Of a stretch of 18,078 nt of DNA, positions 7,331 through 16,648 are shown one piece after another. How positions within the stretch are numbered: the first letter of the stretch is position 1; every line of letters begins with the position of its first letter. The notes under the pieces are model-generated. The model saw only the letters and a list, made by a program, of their open reading frames with translations. It ran no database searches and had not been told where the DNA came from. This stretch comes from Thermostichus sp. DRC_bins_24 (lineage in GTDB: Bacteria; Cyanobacteriota; Cyanobacteriia; Thermostichales; Thermostichaceae), in assembly GCA_039794845.1 (NCBI GenBank), contig JAUQVK010000043.1:1-18078 (forward strand), read 5' to 3'. A program made the translations under genes and the position numbers.

Positions 7331-8329
7331 TTAGAGGGAGGTGGCCAGGCTGGCTGCATTTTCGCGGGAATCGGGGGAAGCCTCGGCTCGTACCGCCCGA
7401 AACATGCCAAATCGGCACAAACCCACCCCAAACGCCAAGCGCATCAACAGCAAGGTGGGCACTTCCCGCACAGATTTCACGAATCCCGCCAAGCCGTAGC
7501 GCAGAAAACCCTGGGGCCGCCGGATCCCTTGCCAAATGGAGTCCAGCCAGGAGGGCAATGTGGGCTCTGTCCAATCTGCCGTGATCACCTCTCCATCTAC
7601 CCATCCGGTCGCGGTCAGCAGTTCCGCAAAGCCTTCAATGCTGGCAAAGGCCGGGTGAGACCACTGATCCAATAACTGCCGCATGACCAAGCGCTCCCAG
7701 CCCTTAAGGGGGTTTTGTCGCTCATCCCGCTGGTTCCAATCCGCCACCGCCAGGATCCCACCCGGTTTGAGCACCCGCAGCAGCTCTCGGGCAAAGACCG
7801 CCTTATCAGGCATGTGGGGGCCGGCCTCGATCGACCACACCACATCAAAACTTCCGTCTGGAAAGGACATGGCCATGGCATCGTCCACCTGGAACTGCAC
7901 ATCCAACTCAGGGGGGGTGAGCGCCTGCGCCCGCTTTACTTGCTGGGGGCTGATGGTGATTCCGGTTACCGAAAAGCCGTAGTCTCGGGCCAAAATGCGG
8001 CTGCTCCCCCCAATCCCACACCCCACGTCCAACACCCGCGTTCCGGCGGGCAGCCGATCCAATCCCGCCCAGCGCACCATCTCGTGAACAAAATCCGCCT
8101 TGGCTTCTAAGAAATCCTTACGGTGGGGCGGGGATCCGTAGTGACCCAGGTGAATGTGTTCCCCCCAGTAAAACTCCAGGATGCCGTCTTGGGTCCATTC
8201 GTCGTAGGCGTTGGCCACCGAATCTGCCGATTGGTAGGGGCGGGCGCTGAGCAGGTAAAGGCCGATCCCCACCAGCAGCACCAGACCCAAAAGGCCCACT
8301 CCCCAACCCAGCAGCGCCATCATCTCCAT
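7331..8329 (-). CDS. MPBQ/MSBQ methyltransferase (Sll0418-like; tocopherol/plastoquinone pathway)
   Basis: N-terminal hydrophobic helix, SVANAYDEWTQDGILEFYWGEHIHLGHY, SAM motif VLDVGCGIGGS, WSIEAGPHMPDK. Confidence 0.88.
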   Translation of the reverse strand: MEMMALLGWGVGLLGLVLLVGIGLYLLSARPYQSADSVANAYDEWTQDGILEFYWGEHIHLGHYGSPPHRKDFLEAKADFVHEMVRWAGLDRLPAGTRVLDVGCGIGGSSRILARDYGFSVTGITISPQQVKRAQALTPPELDVQFQVDDAMAMSFPDGSFDVVWSIEAGPHMPDKAVFARELLRVLKPGGILAVADWNQRDERQNPLKGWERLVMRQLLDQWSHPAFASIEGFAELLTATGWVDGEVITADWTEPTLPSWLDSIWQGIRRPQGFLRYGLAGFVKSVREVPTLLLMRLAFGVGLCRFGMFRAVRAEASPDSRENAASLATSL

Positions 8330-8482
8330 CCCTCAAGCTTCACGTCCGTTCCCAAATGCTCCGACCCAGGGATCCGCCCAGCCAATCCATCAGGGGATCT
8401 CTAATCGCCCAGAGGTCTTTACAAAACTTAGGATCGGACTGCATTGTAGCCTTGAATCGGGATCCCTGTTGGGCCAAGCCCC

Positions 8483-11400
8483 CTAAAAGCGGGTCTCAAA
8501 CTCCACAGAGATAACATTATTGCCCTCTAGATCGGTACTGGCGCGGGTGAGGGTTTGCTCGTTTAGGCGGTAGCGAGTGCTGTAGCGGGTGGGCTGGAAG
8601 GGATCCGTCAGGTTCCGCTGCACCGAGACCGACATCGTGGGACCGAGGTCCTTGGCCACCTCCAAGGCCAAACCTACGGAGGAGCGATTGGGGGCACGCG
8701 TATCGATCTGGGGAATGGGGCTGAGGCGAATTTCATCCAGGCCGAGGGTATCGCCCAGGGCTTCTTGCAGGTCATTGAGCAGGGCTGTACCTGCCAAACC
8801 CGCCACCCCCACTTCCGCATTCAGACGGGCCAAAGCCGTGCCACCCAAGAGGGCGACGATCTCTTCAGGTGAGCGGCTGGGGCTGCTGGAGAGGGCCAGA
8901 ATGCCATTGCGGGGATCCGCTTCCCCCAACTCGCTGGCCCGCCCATTTACCGTGGCGAAAATATCGATGCTCTGCTGGGATCCCAACACATTACGGTTGT
9001 TGTCAAAGGGGGAAATATCCTGTGGGAAGCGGTAGACCTCGGTGGCTTGGGTTACCAGGCGCAGATCCAAAAGGGGATCCAAGCCATTGTCCAGGTCGAA
9101 GATGGCCCTGTTGGGACGGGAGCGATCCAGGCGAAAGGCAGCAATGGGCAGGGTGACACGGCCTCGCTCCAGATTGATGGTACCCGCCGGGCGTAGGTCT
9201 TGCGGGGTGCCGAAAAGGCGCAGATTGCCAGAGGCGTTGAATTCAAACAGGTTGCGGCGCAGAATTTGAATGCCGGATCCCAGGGCCAGTTCCAGGCCGT
9301 TTAAGCGGGGCCGCCAAGCGGGCGGAGAGGACTCGGGAATCGGTTGCGCTGCTGGGGTAGCGCCATTGCGGGGGGTCACATCCACAACCCCTTCCGAGAC
9401 TTGCAAACGCCCCTCGATCAGGGGTTGCAGCAGCAGACCCGCCACCACCACTTCCCCCTCCAAATGGCCGCTGTAAAGATTGGGGAGCGCCAGGTTGATC
9501 CCCTGCAACTGGAAGGTTAAGGGTTGAAAGCCATGGGCGCCGGAGCCTGTCCCACCCTCGCCCGACTGCAGGGCCCCGCGGGAGTTGATCGGCAGAATGC
9601 CATTGGCCAAAATCGATCCCTGGCTGAATTGTCCGCTCAGCTCCTGCACCTCCAGTTGGTTCAGGTTAAAGGCGATTCGCCCCGTCAGGTCGGTAATCGG
9701 TTCCGGTAGGGCGGCGAAGTTGAGGATCCCGGCGGCCACACTCAGATTTCCCTGCAAACTGGGCTCGCGTAAGGTGCCGCGGATGGCCAGCTCCAGTTGG
9801 CTTTGCCCGCCTTCCCAACGCACTTGATCGGTGAAGAGGTTGATCAATCGCAGGCCGCCATTTTGGGCTTGCAAGGTGAGATCAATCTGGTCGGATTCCG
9901 CCTGTACCTCGGCAAAGGGAAGGGTGTAGGGCACCAGGCCAAACATGCGGATTGGCTCGTCCCCATTGGCCAAGAGGGTGCTGTCGAAGCGCAACTGCCC
10001 TTGGTTGTAGTCGAATTGGCCCCCCACCTCCCGTAGGGGTACCTGGTTGATCTGGGCATTCAACACCGTCAGGGATCCCGTGGCATGGGGATCCCGCAGG
10101 TTGCCCGCCAATTCCACATCTAGGTTCAGGTCACCCCCCAATTCCAGCTCATCCGGCAGAAAGCGATCCACCAAAGCCAGGGGCAACCCTTGAATTTGTA
10201 GGGATCCCGACTGTTCGTTCAGGCCCAAGGTGCCGGAGAAACGGGCCTGCCGTTCCCCACTGCGCAGCAGCAGCGGCTCCAACACCACCGCCCCATCGGC
10301 AAAGCTCCCCGTAGCCGTGAGGCTTTCAACACCAAACTCCTCCGCCTGCCAATTTTGGCCATCCAGTTGAAAGCTGACACTGGGCTGATTGAGGCCGCCG
10401 GCAATGCTGACGCTGGCCTGGAATTCACCCCGCAAACTACTGGGGGGCGGGATCAGAGGATCCATGCGGCTGGCCAGGGTTTCCAGGTGGGTGGCCAAAA
10501 CCTGGGCATAGTACTGTAACTGCTCCACCAGAGGGTGCTCCGGTAAACCTACCGGTTCACTTTCCAACACCGACGCCGGACGCAGGGGCGGCAACCGAAA
10601 GCCACGGCGGGTGAGATCGCTCCATTGCCGCCACTTAAAGGTGGAGATGATGTCTTCCAGGCGGCCTTGGGTGGTGCTGATTTGCAACTCGAGCTGAGGG
10701 ACAGGGGTTTCTCGGCTGGGATCCAAACGCGCCAAGAGAGGGGCTTCTGGCAGCCGCAACGTGCCGCTGGCGGTGTAGGTGCTCTCAAACAGATCCAGTT
10801 GTGCTTGGGTAACGGTGAGGCGATCGGCGCGGTAGTCGAAATCCACTGCAAATCCCTGGGCCTCAATACCTGCTAAGCGCAGATCCGCCACGGCGACCCG
10901 GCCTTGCACAGCCCGATTCTGGAGGTTGACGGCCAGATCGCCGCTGAGGATCCCTTCCAGACTGGCCAAAGGCCCCTCCCCCACCCAGCTGGCCAGCAGG
11001 GGCAAAGGCAGTTGCTGAATTCCAACCTGTAAACTTCCGTTCTCCCGTTGCCCGATGGCTGTGGCTTCTCCCCGTTGCACCCGGAATTGCAGCGGCTGCC
11101 CGCGGGTATCGAGGCTGAGAGCCAGTTGGTCCTGGTCCCCCTGCAGATCCACCTCCGTTCCTTGAGCCGACCAGCGGAAGGGCCCCGCCATATCCGCAAA
11201 GCCGATCCCCCCCAGAGTCAGGCCCTGCAACTGAGCATCCCCCTGTACCCGCAGGTCACCTAGGGATCCCTGCACTCGACCGGAACCCTGCAGAACCCCC
11301 TGCACCAGGGCGGGCACACCGGGAATTTGGGCCAAAGAAACCTGATCCGCCTCCACCGCCAAATCCAGGGATCCCACCTGGAGAGTTTCGGGATCCACCG

Positions 11401-13315
11401 GGATCCGCCCCTGCACCGTGGCCAACCCCAGTGCCTCCGCCCGCTCAATCACCAAGCCGGAGCCATCCCACGCCACCTGTCCTCTGAGGTCGCCTAGAGG
11501 TTGAGAAAGGACTACAGCTCCTTCCGCCCGCAAGGCCCCCAAGAAAGGCAAACCCGATTCGATGATGTCTTCGGTGTTCACCCGCGCCGCCACTTCCCCC
11601 GAGAGGGATCCCGCCAACTCCGGGTTAAAGAAAGACAAAGGTAAGTTTTGCGGAGCCACCTGGGCCTGAATTTGCCCCTCCGCCCACCGCCCAGACAGCG
11701 CCGCCCGTCCCTCCCCCAGCGTCAAGACGGCCTGCGGGATCTCCACCACCAAGCCGCGGGTATCCGGCAGTGCTTCCAGGGCAGGCCCAATTTGCACTTC
11801 CCCAGTACCGCCGATTTCTCCCCCAGTGGCCTCCCAAGTCCCTTGAATCCGGGGCTGGGATCCTGTCAGAGCCACCTCCACCTGTCCAGAAACCTGCCCC
11901 ACGGAGCGTGGCAAGCTGCCCCCGTACCAGCCCACCACCTGCTCGGCATTGGCCCCACGCACCTGCAACTGAAACAAACCCTCTAAGGGGGAACCGAGTT
12001 GAAGTTGGCCGGAACCTTGAATGCGTCCGCCGGCTGCCGCTAGGTCAATACGCTCAAAGGCTAAGGTTTGGTTGGCGAAGCGAAAGTCCAGGCTGTACTG
12101 GGACAAAGGGATCCGATCCACCCGTCCAGGAGCCCGCGCCTGCAACTGACCCCGGATTTCCGGCTGCGTCAGTGCCCCCCCCACCGTTAGGGATCCCCCC
12201 AACACCGCCTCCACATCCACAGGCAGGTCAAAATCAAAAGTTTGTTGCACCTGCGCCAAGCTGGCCTGGGCAATTTCTGCCTGCAAATCGAACCCCTCTG
12301 CACCGAAGCGAATCGGGCCGTTCAGATCCCGAAAGGGCAGTTGACCAAAACGACCGCTCACCTGCTCCAGATTCAGTTCTTGCACAGTAAACCGAACCGA
12401 ACCGCTCACCTCCTCAAAAGGATGGGGCAACATCTCCAGCCCAATACGGGCCTGTTGTAGCTGCGCCTGACCCGTCAGTTGCAAAGGTTGATCCCGACTC
12501 CAGGCCACCTGTAAATTCAGGCCCGCATCTCCCTGCAAATCCGTGAGGGGCACAGCCGGCAAAAGGCTGGGCAACAGATCCAGGGGCACACTCCGAGAGG
12601 AAAGGGCCACCGAACCGGAAGCCTGGGCAAAATCGGCTACACCCCTAAGGCGCACCGGATGGCCACCCGGAGTATCCGGTGATTGTAATCTGGCGGAAAG
12701 TTGGAAACTGGCTCGCCCACCTGAGTGTTCCGCTGCCGCCTGCGGCTCCCCGGCTAACCAAATCTGGGTCTGGGCCTGCAGTTGATCAAACTGGCGACGC
12801 TCCCCCACCAACGGGATGGCCGTCAGGGATCCCCGCCGCAGATGAACATTCAACCCCTGAATCGGCAGGGATCCCTCCCCTTCCGAAGCCGGCAATTGAA
12901 ACTGAATATCCGCCCAACCGCGATCGAGGGTTTCCATCACCAGCAACTGCGGTTGATCGAGGGTGAGGTTAAGCACCCATTCCCCTGTTTGGATCCACGT
13001 CCACAGATCAGGGCTGATGTCGATAGAGCCGATGGTGGCCAAATGTTCGATGCGGCTCTCCCCCAAGCTCACCTGCCAAGGAGCAAGAAAGGTCACTTCC
13101 CCCAACTCCACCCGCCGCCGCAGCGCCTGAGAGAGAGTTTCCTCCACCTGAGGGATCACCTGCCCCTGGATATAAGCCCTGGCACCCCAAACCGCTCCAA
13201 AAGAGGCCGCCGTCAGGCCGAGGCCCAACCCTGCCCCCACCCAAGTTAGGTTGAGTCGTCGCTGCTGCACGTCTTTATCCCAGTGATCTTCACCCAACGG
13301 CTTACCCCTCCTCAC
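8483..13315 (-). CDS. tamB: TamB/DUF490 translocation and assembly module protein
   Basis: 1610 aa, N-terminal membrane anchor, long Gly/Leu-rich beta repeats, C-terminal LSSSPSRSPEEIVALLGG...GLDEIRL...EFETRF typical of cyanobacterial DUF490 proteins. Confidence 0.88.
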   Translation of the reverse strand: MRRGKPLGEDHWDKDVQQRRLNLTWVGAGLGLGLTAASFGAVWGARAYIQGQVIPQVEETLSQALRRRVELGEVTFLAPWQVSLGESRIEHLATIGSIDISPDLWTWIQTGEWVLNLTLDQPQLLVMETLDRGWADIQFQLPASEGEGSLPIQGLNVHLRRGSLTAIPLVGERRQFDQLQAQTQIWLAGEPQAAAEHSGGRASFQLSARLQSPDTPGGHPVRLRGVADFAQASGSVALSSRSVPLDLLPSLLPAVPLTDLQGDAGLNLQVAWSRDQPLQLTGQAQLQQARIGLEMLPHPFEEVSGSVRFTVQELNLEQVSGRFGQLPFRDLNGPIRFGAEGFDLQAEIAQASLAQVQQTFDFDLPVDVEAVLGGSLTVGGALTQPEIRGQLQARAPGRVDRIPLSQYSLDFRFANQTLAFERIDLAAAGGRIQGSGQLQLGSPLEGLFQLQVRGANAEQVVGWYGGSLPRSVGQVSGQVEVALTGSQPRIQGTWEATGGEIGGTGEVQIGPALEALPDTRGLVVEIPQAVLTLGEGRAALSGRWAEGQIQAQVAPQNLPLSFFNPELAGSLSGEVAARVNTEDIIESGLPFLGALRAEGAVVLSQPLGDLRGQVAWDGSGLVIERAEALGLATVQGRIPVDPETLQVGSLDLAVEADQVSLAQIPGVPALVQGVLQGSGRVQGSLGDLRVQGDAQLQGLTLGGIGFADMAGPFRWSAQGTEVDLQGDQDQLALSLDTRGQPLQFRVQRGEATAIGQRENGSLQVGIQQLPLPLLASWVGEGPLASLEGILSGDLAVNLQNRAVQGRVAVADLRLAGIEAQGFAVDFDYRADRLTVTQAQLDLFESTYTASGTLRLPEAPLLARLDPSRETPVPQLELQISTTQGRLEDIISTFKWRQWSDLTRRGFRLPPLRPASVLESEPVGLPEHPLVEQLQYYAQVLATHLETLASRMDPLIPPPSSLRGEFQASVSIAGGLNQPSVSFQLDGQNWQAEEFGVESLTATGSFADGAVVLEPLLLRSGERQARFSGTLGLNEQSGSLQIQGLPLALVDRFLPDELELGGDLNLDVELAGNLRDPHATGSLTVLNAQINQVPLREVGGQFDYNQGQLRFDSTLLANGDEPIRMFGLVPYTLPFAEVQAESDQIDLTLQAQNGGLRLINLFTDQVRWEGGQSQLELAIRGTLREPSLQGNLSVAAGILNFAALPEPITDLTGRIAFNLNQLEVQELSGQFSQGSILANGILPINSRGALQSGEGGTGSGAHGFQPLTFQLQGINLALPNLYSGHLEGEVVVAGLLLQPLIEGRLQVSEGVVDVTPRNGATPAAQPIPESSPPAWRPRLNGLELALGSGIQILRRNLFEFNASGNLRLFGTPQDLRPAGTINLERGRVTLPIAAFRLDRSRPNRAIFDLDNGLDPLLDLRLVTQATEVYRFPQDISPFDNNRNVLGSQQSIDIFATVNGRASELGEADPRNGILALSSSPSRSPEEIVALLGGTALARLNAEVGVAGLAGTALLNDLQEALGDTLGLDEIRLSPIPQIDTRAPNRSSVGLALEVAKDLGPTMSVSVQRNLTDPFQPTRYSTRYRLNEQTLTRASTDLEGNNVISVEFETRF

Positions 13316-13572
13316 ACCGGGGATCCAGCAAGGTTTTCGTCTGAATCATTCCTGTGTTACCGGACTGCAACACAAGTTGCTCCCATCCTACTCAAGGACT
13401 CTGCGCTTGCCACGGGGCCAATGGGAGAACAAAATGCCACTTCTGGCGATAATTTAGGCGATGCAGGATGTTAAGCTATCACCACGCTGGGGATCCAGTC
13501 TGCACAGCAGAGCTCCAAAGGGTTCCCCCCTTGAGATGATTGATGTTGAGATGATTGATAAGGAGAAGAGCC

Positions 13573-13965
13573 ATTCCGGAACCACTATCTTTGACGGTCA
13601 GCTTGCGCGGCAGCCACGAAGCGCTGGATAACTGCCAGGTCTTTCACCTGACCGGCCTTCTGGATGCCTTTTCTGAACCTGTCTTTCGTAAAGTCGTCAC
13701 GAAATATTTGGAAGAGGGATCCCCCAACATCATCTTGGATCTGACAGGGATCGACTTTGTGGATAGCTCCGGCGTCGGGGCCCTGGTGCAGTTGGCCAAG
13801 CTGGTGCAAAGCCACTCAGGCATTTTTCAGGTGGTGAGCAATGCGCGTGTCACCCAAACGGTGAAACTGGTGCGGCTAGAGAAGTTCCTGGCCTTACGCT
13901 CCTCCTTACAAGAGGCCCTGGATTATCTGGCGGCAGAGGGCACGGGCGATGCCGAACCCGCCTGA
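13573..13965 (+). CDS. STAS-domain anti-sigma factor antagonist
   Basis: LTGLLDAFSEP and IILDLTGIDFVDSSGVGALV with the phosphorylatable Ser. Start is uncertain: ATT at 13573 lies 7 nt after AGGAG; TTG at 13555 or 13591 are alternatives. Confidence 0.88.
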   Translation: MPEPLSLTVSLRGSHEALDNCQVFHLTGLLDAFSEPVFRKVVTKYLEEGSPNIILDLTGIDFVDSSGVGALVQLAKLVQSHSGIFQVVSNARVTQTVKLVRLEKFLALRSSLQEALDYLAAEGTGDAEPA

Positions 13966-14003
13966 GGATTTTGCCCTTTTGCTTTTAATAGCTCTGACGG
14001 GGA

Positions 14004-14720
14004 ATGGGCCTGGGAACCTTTTGGGGCATTAGTGCGGGAGCCGGAGATCCCGACTGGCTGACAGTGAAAGGGGCGAAGCTCCTCAACGCCGTGAGCTGGG
14101 TAGCCTGCCCGCAAAGTCCCTCCGGTCAGCCCGGCTTAGCCTATCAAATTGTTCGTCCGTGGCTACGCCCCGACCAGACCCTGCTGACCCTACACCTACC
14201 CTTCGTCACCCAGCCAAATCAGCTACAAGCTGCCTGGAAAACAGCCGCCGAGCGTCTGGCCCCACCCCTAGAACAGGGGGAGGATGTGGCCTTTGTTTGC
14301 GAGGGGGATGTGGGCCTTTACAGCACCTTTGCCTACGTTGCCCGGGCCCTACGGGAGCGGATCCCGACCCTGCCGATTCAAGCCATACCAGGGGTTTCGT
14401 CTCCACTGGCAGCCGCGGCCCTGCTGGGATCCCCGTTGGTATTGGGATCCGAGAAATTGGCGGTTTTGCCGGCCCTGTTTGCCCTATCTGAATTGGAACA
14501 GGCCTGCGCCTGGGCGGAGGTGGTGGTACTCATGAAAGTCTCCTCCGTATACCCCCAAGTTTGGCAGTGGATGGCTGAAAGAGCTTGGCTTCAGCAAGCC
14601 AGCTTGGTGGTCTGGGCCGGCTGGCCTCAACAAGCCATCTTTCCCACCCTAGAAGGGCTGGCCGACTACCAGCCCCCCTACTTTTCCCTGCTGATTTGGC
14701 GTTCTCACCCCCGGAATTAA
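14004..14720 (+). CDS. cobI: Precorrin-2 C20-methyltransferase
   Basis: GISAGAGDPDWLTVKG, VAFVCEGDVGLYSTF, IPGVSS, VVLMKV, PYFSL. Confidence 0.88.
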   Translation: MGLGTFWGISAGAGDPDWLTVKGAKLLNAVSWVACPQSPSGQPGLAYQIVRPWLRPDQTLLTLHLPFVTQPNQLQAAWKTAAERLAPPLEQGEDVAFVCEGDVGLYSTFAYVARALRERIPTLPIQAIPGVSSPLAAAALLGSPLVLGSEKLAVLPALFALSELEQACAWAEVVVLMKVSSVYPQVWQWMAERAWLQQASLVVWAGWPQQAIFPTLEGLADYQPPYFSLLIWRSHPRN

Positions 14721-15554
14721 GATTTTCTTAACCTGAGGAAAGGTCTGTGGCTGGATGGAGTTTTCTATGATGAATGCAAAGAGTCCTTTTCCGGCGGCGT
14801 GTAACTGAAGCTAGGGATCGGTCAGGGAGTATCTCTCTTGCATTTGTCTTGAACTAGGGAAGGAGGGCAGCTTGTTTCTTTCTAAGAGGAACAGGCTCGT
14901 TTGTACTGAGAAAAAGCGAGGAACTCACCTCTAAATCTGCTGAAATTCTGGTGGCGAAACGAGATAAAAAGACCAATTAAAGGAATGATTCAGCCCATTA
15001 AGAACGGTTGCTAGCCATTGTAGGGAGAGAGGACACGAGTTAGATTATAGATGTGGTGATTCAGGAAAGGGGGATAATATCTCAGCTCCATCTCAAATGC
15101 GAGACACCACTCTGCACTTTGGTCAAATCCAAAATTCTCTGTCGGCCAACGCTTTGATCCAAACTTCCGATCCGTTGTTTCGGCAGGCTTTTCCAAGAGG
15201 TGGTTGTCTTGCCAACCAGGGCATCTGGTACCTGCAACAGGTTTTCCTCTAAATAGGACATGGGAGCTAAATCAGATAGCAGCTGGGTTTGTTGCAATGA
15301 GACGCTGCAGAGTAGAGAGTGAAAGATCCCTCTGTTCTGTGATGATAAGCGGTTGTGCCAGTTCAATAAACTCCGTCGGCTATTTCGAGTCTCCGTTTGT
15401 GAGCAACTAAAGATTGGAAAATCGATGATCGGGTTCAGATGCCCTCAACCTGCAGACTCTGGTGAATCGGGATCTGTGCCTAATTGTGCCCAATGTGGTA
15501 AGAGCTGCGGGCTTTAGCAATTCATGATTCCACTCTCACCTTGAGGAGGTTCCT

Positions 15555-15713
15555 ATGTTTGCCTTTCTCTCGAAGATTGCTAGAGCGATTGTCCGCGTGT
15601 TTACTCCTGCCAAATCCGATCTGGTCGAGGTCGGTTACCAGCCGATCACGGATGACATCTATCGCATCGATGGCTCAGCCTGTCACGTTAGCGATCTAGA
15701 AAGTCTATCCTAA
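15555..15713 (+). CDS. atpT: 52-aa small protein, probable ATP synthase inhibitor AtpTheta (Norf1) homolog
   Basis: Strong RBS GAGGAGGT 4 nt before ATG. MFAFLSKIARAIVRVFTPAKSDLVEVGYQPITDDIYRIDGSACHVSDLESLS has an amphipathic N-helix and RVFTP...GYQP, paralleling the RIFxP...GVQP motif I recall for AtpTheta. Confidence 0.62.
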   Translation: MFAFLSKIARAIVRVFTPAKSDLVEVGYQPITDDIYRIDGSACHVSDLESLS

Positions 15714-15796
15714 GTCTTGGGTTGGATTCTGGCATCTGAGCAAACGCCCACAGGCATCAAGCCAGAGACTGAGTTCACCAGATTATTAATTGACCT

Positions 15797-15960
15797 TCAT
15801 TGACCAAGTAGTCGGGTTCATTCGTTCAGACAGATCAGTTCCAGGTTAAGGCAATTGAATAAACTTGGGATGCGGCCAGTTCGCATCAGTTTGGGAGGCT
15901 ATCCTCCTTAGGTTCGAATTCCACCGAATACATCGGACAGAACCCAGTTCTACCCGTCAA
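15797..15960 (+). ncRNA. ssrS: Probable 6S RNA (ends approximate)
   Basis: End-to-end pairing TTGAC/GTCAA, GTAG/CTAC and GGGTTC/GAACCC. Internal GGGATGCGGCCAGTTCGCATCAGTTTGGGAGG...CTTAGG and CCCAGTTCTACC resemble cyanobacterial ssaA. AT-rich -10-like TATTAAT at 15784-15790 and terminator directly downstream. Confidence 0.72.
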
Positions 15961-16003
15961 GTGGCGGCCCCGTTCGGAGGGTCGCCACTTGTTGTTTTTG
16001 TTT
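15958..16003 (+). terminator. Rho-independent terminator
   Basis: 13-bp stem CAAGTGGCGGCCC / GGGTCGCCACTTG (one G-U pair), 8-nt loop, then TTGTTTTTGTTT. Confidence 0.85.
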
Positions 16004-16062
16004 GTGAGTTGTGGGTTGTGAGTTGTTTGCGAGAATAACTTAAGAATGCTTGGGGTCGATGG

Positions 16063-16593
16063 TTGAGCGCCTCTTTTCGGTCTGTGTTGCCCTCCCTTGT
16101 GGTTTATCCCGCTACGCCGAGTGACTTGGAGCCTTTGGCTGAGGTGCTCACTCAGGTTTTTCATCCGCCCCTGGGCCTTCAACGCTGGATCTACCCGATT
16201 CGCAAGCTGGGTATTCGAGAGGATTTGCGCCTGAGGCTGGGCTCACGGGATCCCTACTACTGTTGTTTGGTGGCTGCAGTGGGCTCCTGGGTGGTGGGCA
16301 CGGCAGAGATCTCCCTGCGGACTTTGGCCCATGGAAGGTACCCTTATCTTTCCAACTTGGCGGTGTTACCGTGTTGGCGGCGGCGAGGGGTGGCTCGTCA
16401 GCTTCTACTGAGTGCTGAGGGGGTGGTTCAGGTGTGGGGGTATCGCAACTTGCATCTGCACGTTTTGGAGGACAATCTTCCCGCTCGGCAACTGTATTCT
16501 CAGCTGCATTACACCCCGATCGAACGCACCTCCCGAATCTGGCAGTGGCTGGGGGTGTCTCCGCAGTTGTTGCTCTGTAAGTGGCTGTCCTAA
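16063..16593 (+). CDS. GNAT-family N-acetyltransferase
   Basis: PYLSNLAVLPCWRRRGVARQLL acetyl-CoA motif and LHVLEDNLPARQLY. Start codon uncertain. Confidence 0.88.
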   Translation: MSASFRSVLPSLVVYPATPSDLEPLAEVLTQVFHPPLGLQRWIYPIRKLGIREDLRLRLGSRDPYYCCLVAAVGSWVVGTAEISLRTLAHGRYPYLSNLAVLPCWRRRGVARQLLLSAEGVVQVWGYRNLHLHVLEDNLPARQLYSQLHYTPIERTSRIWQWLGVSPQLLLCKWLS

Positions 16594-16648
16594 GTTGGCG
16601 TCGTAAAGTTATGTAAACTAGATAAAAAGCTCCAAAAGAGGTTTCCCG

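Larger units (their letters stand above)
1239..14432. repeat. Highly iterated palindrome GGGATCCC (HIP variant), dispersed
   Basis: About 20 copies by eye (e.g. 1239, 1368, 5431, 10072, 10088, 10201) plus many GGATCC cores. I did not spot canonical HIP1 GCGATCGC. Confidence 0.85.

Noticed and set aside
8589..13249. Many short overlapping ORFs within tamB (and similarly within rarA and chlB)
   Set aside because: Antisense or alternate-frame shadows of long GC-rich genes.
14721..15000. Cobalamin riboswitch near cobI
   Set aside because: The region is downstream of cobI and I could not find a convincing B12 box.
15911..15922. tRNA T-loop-like GGTTCGAATTCC
   Set aside because: No cloverleaf around it; it lies inside the 6S-like RNA.
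15886..16182. 98-aa minus-strand ORF
   Set aside because: Overlaps the GNAT gene, terminator and ncRNA antisense; no motifs.
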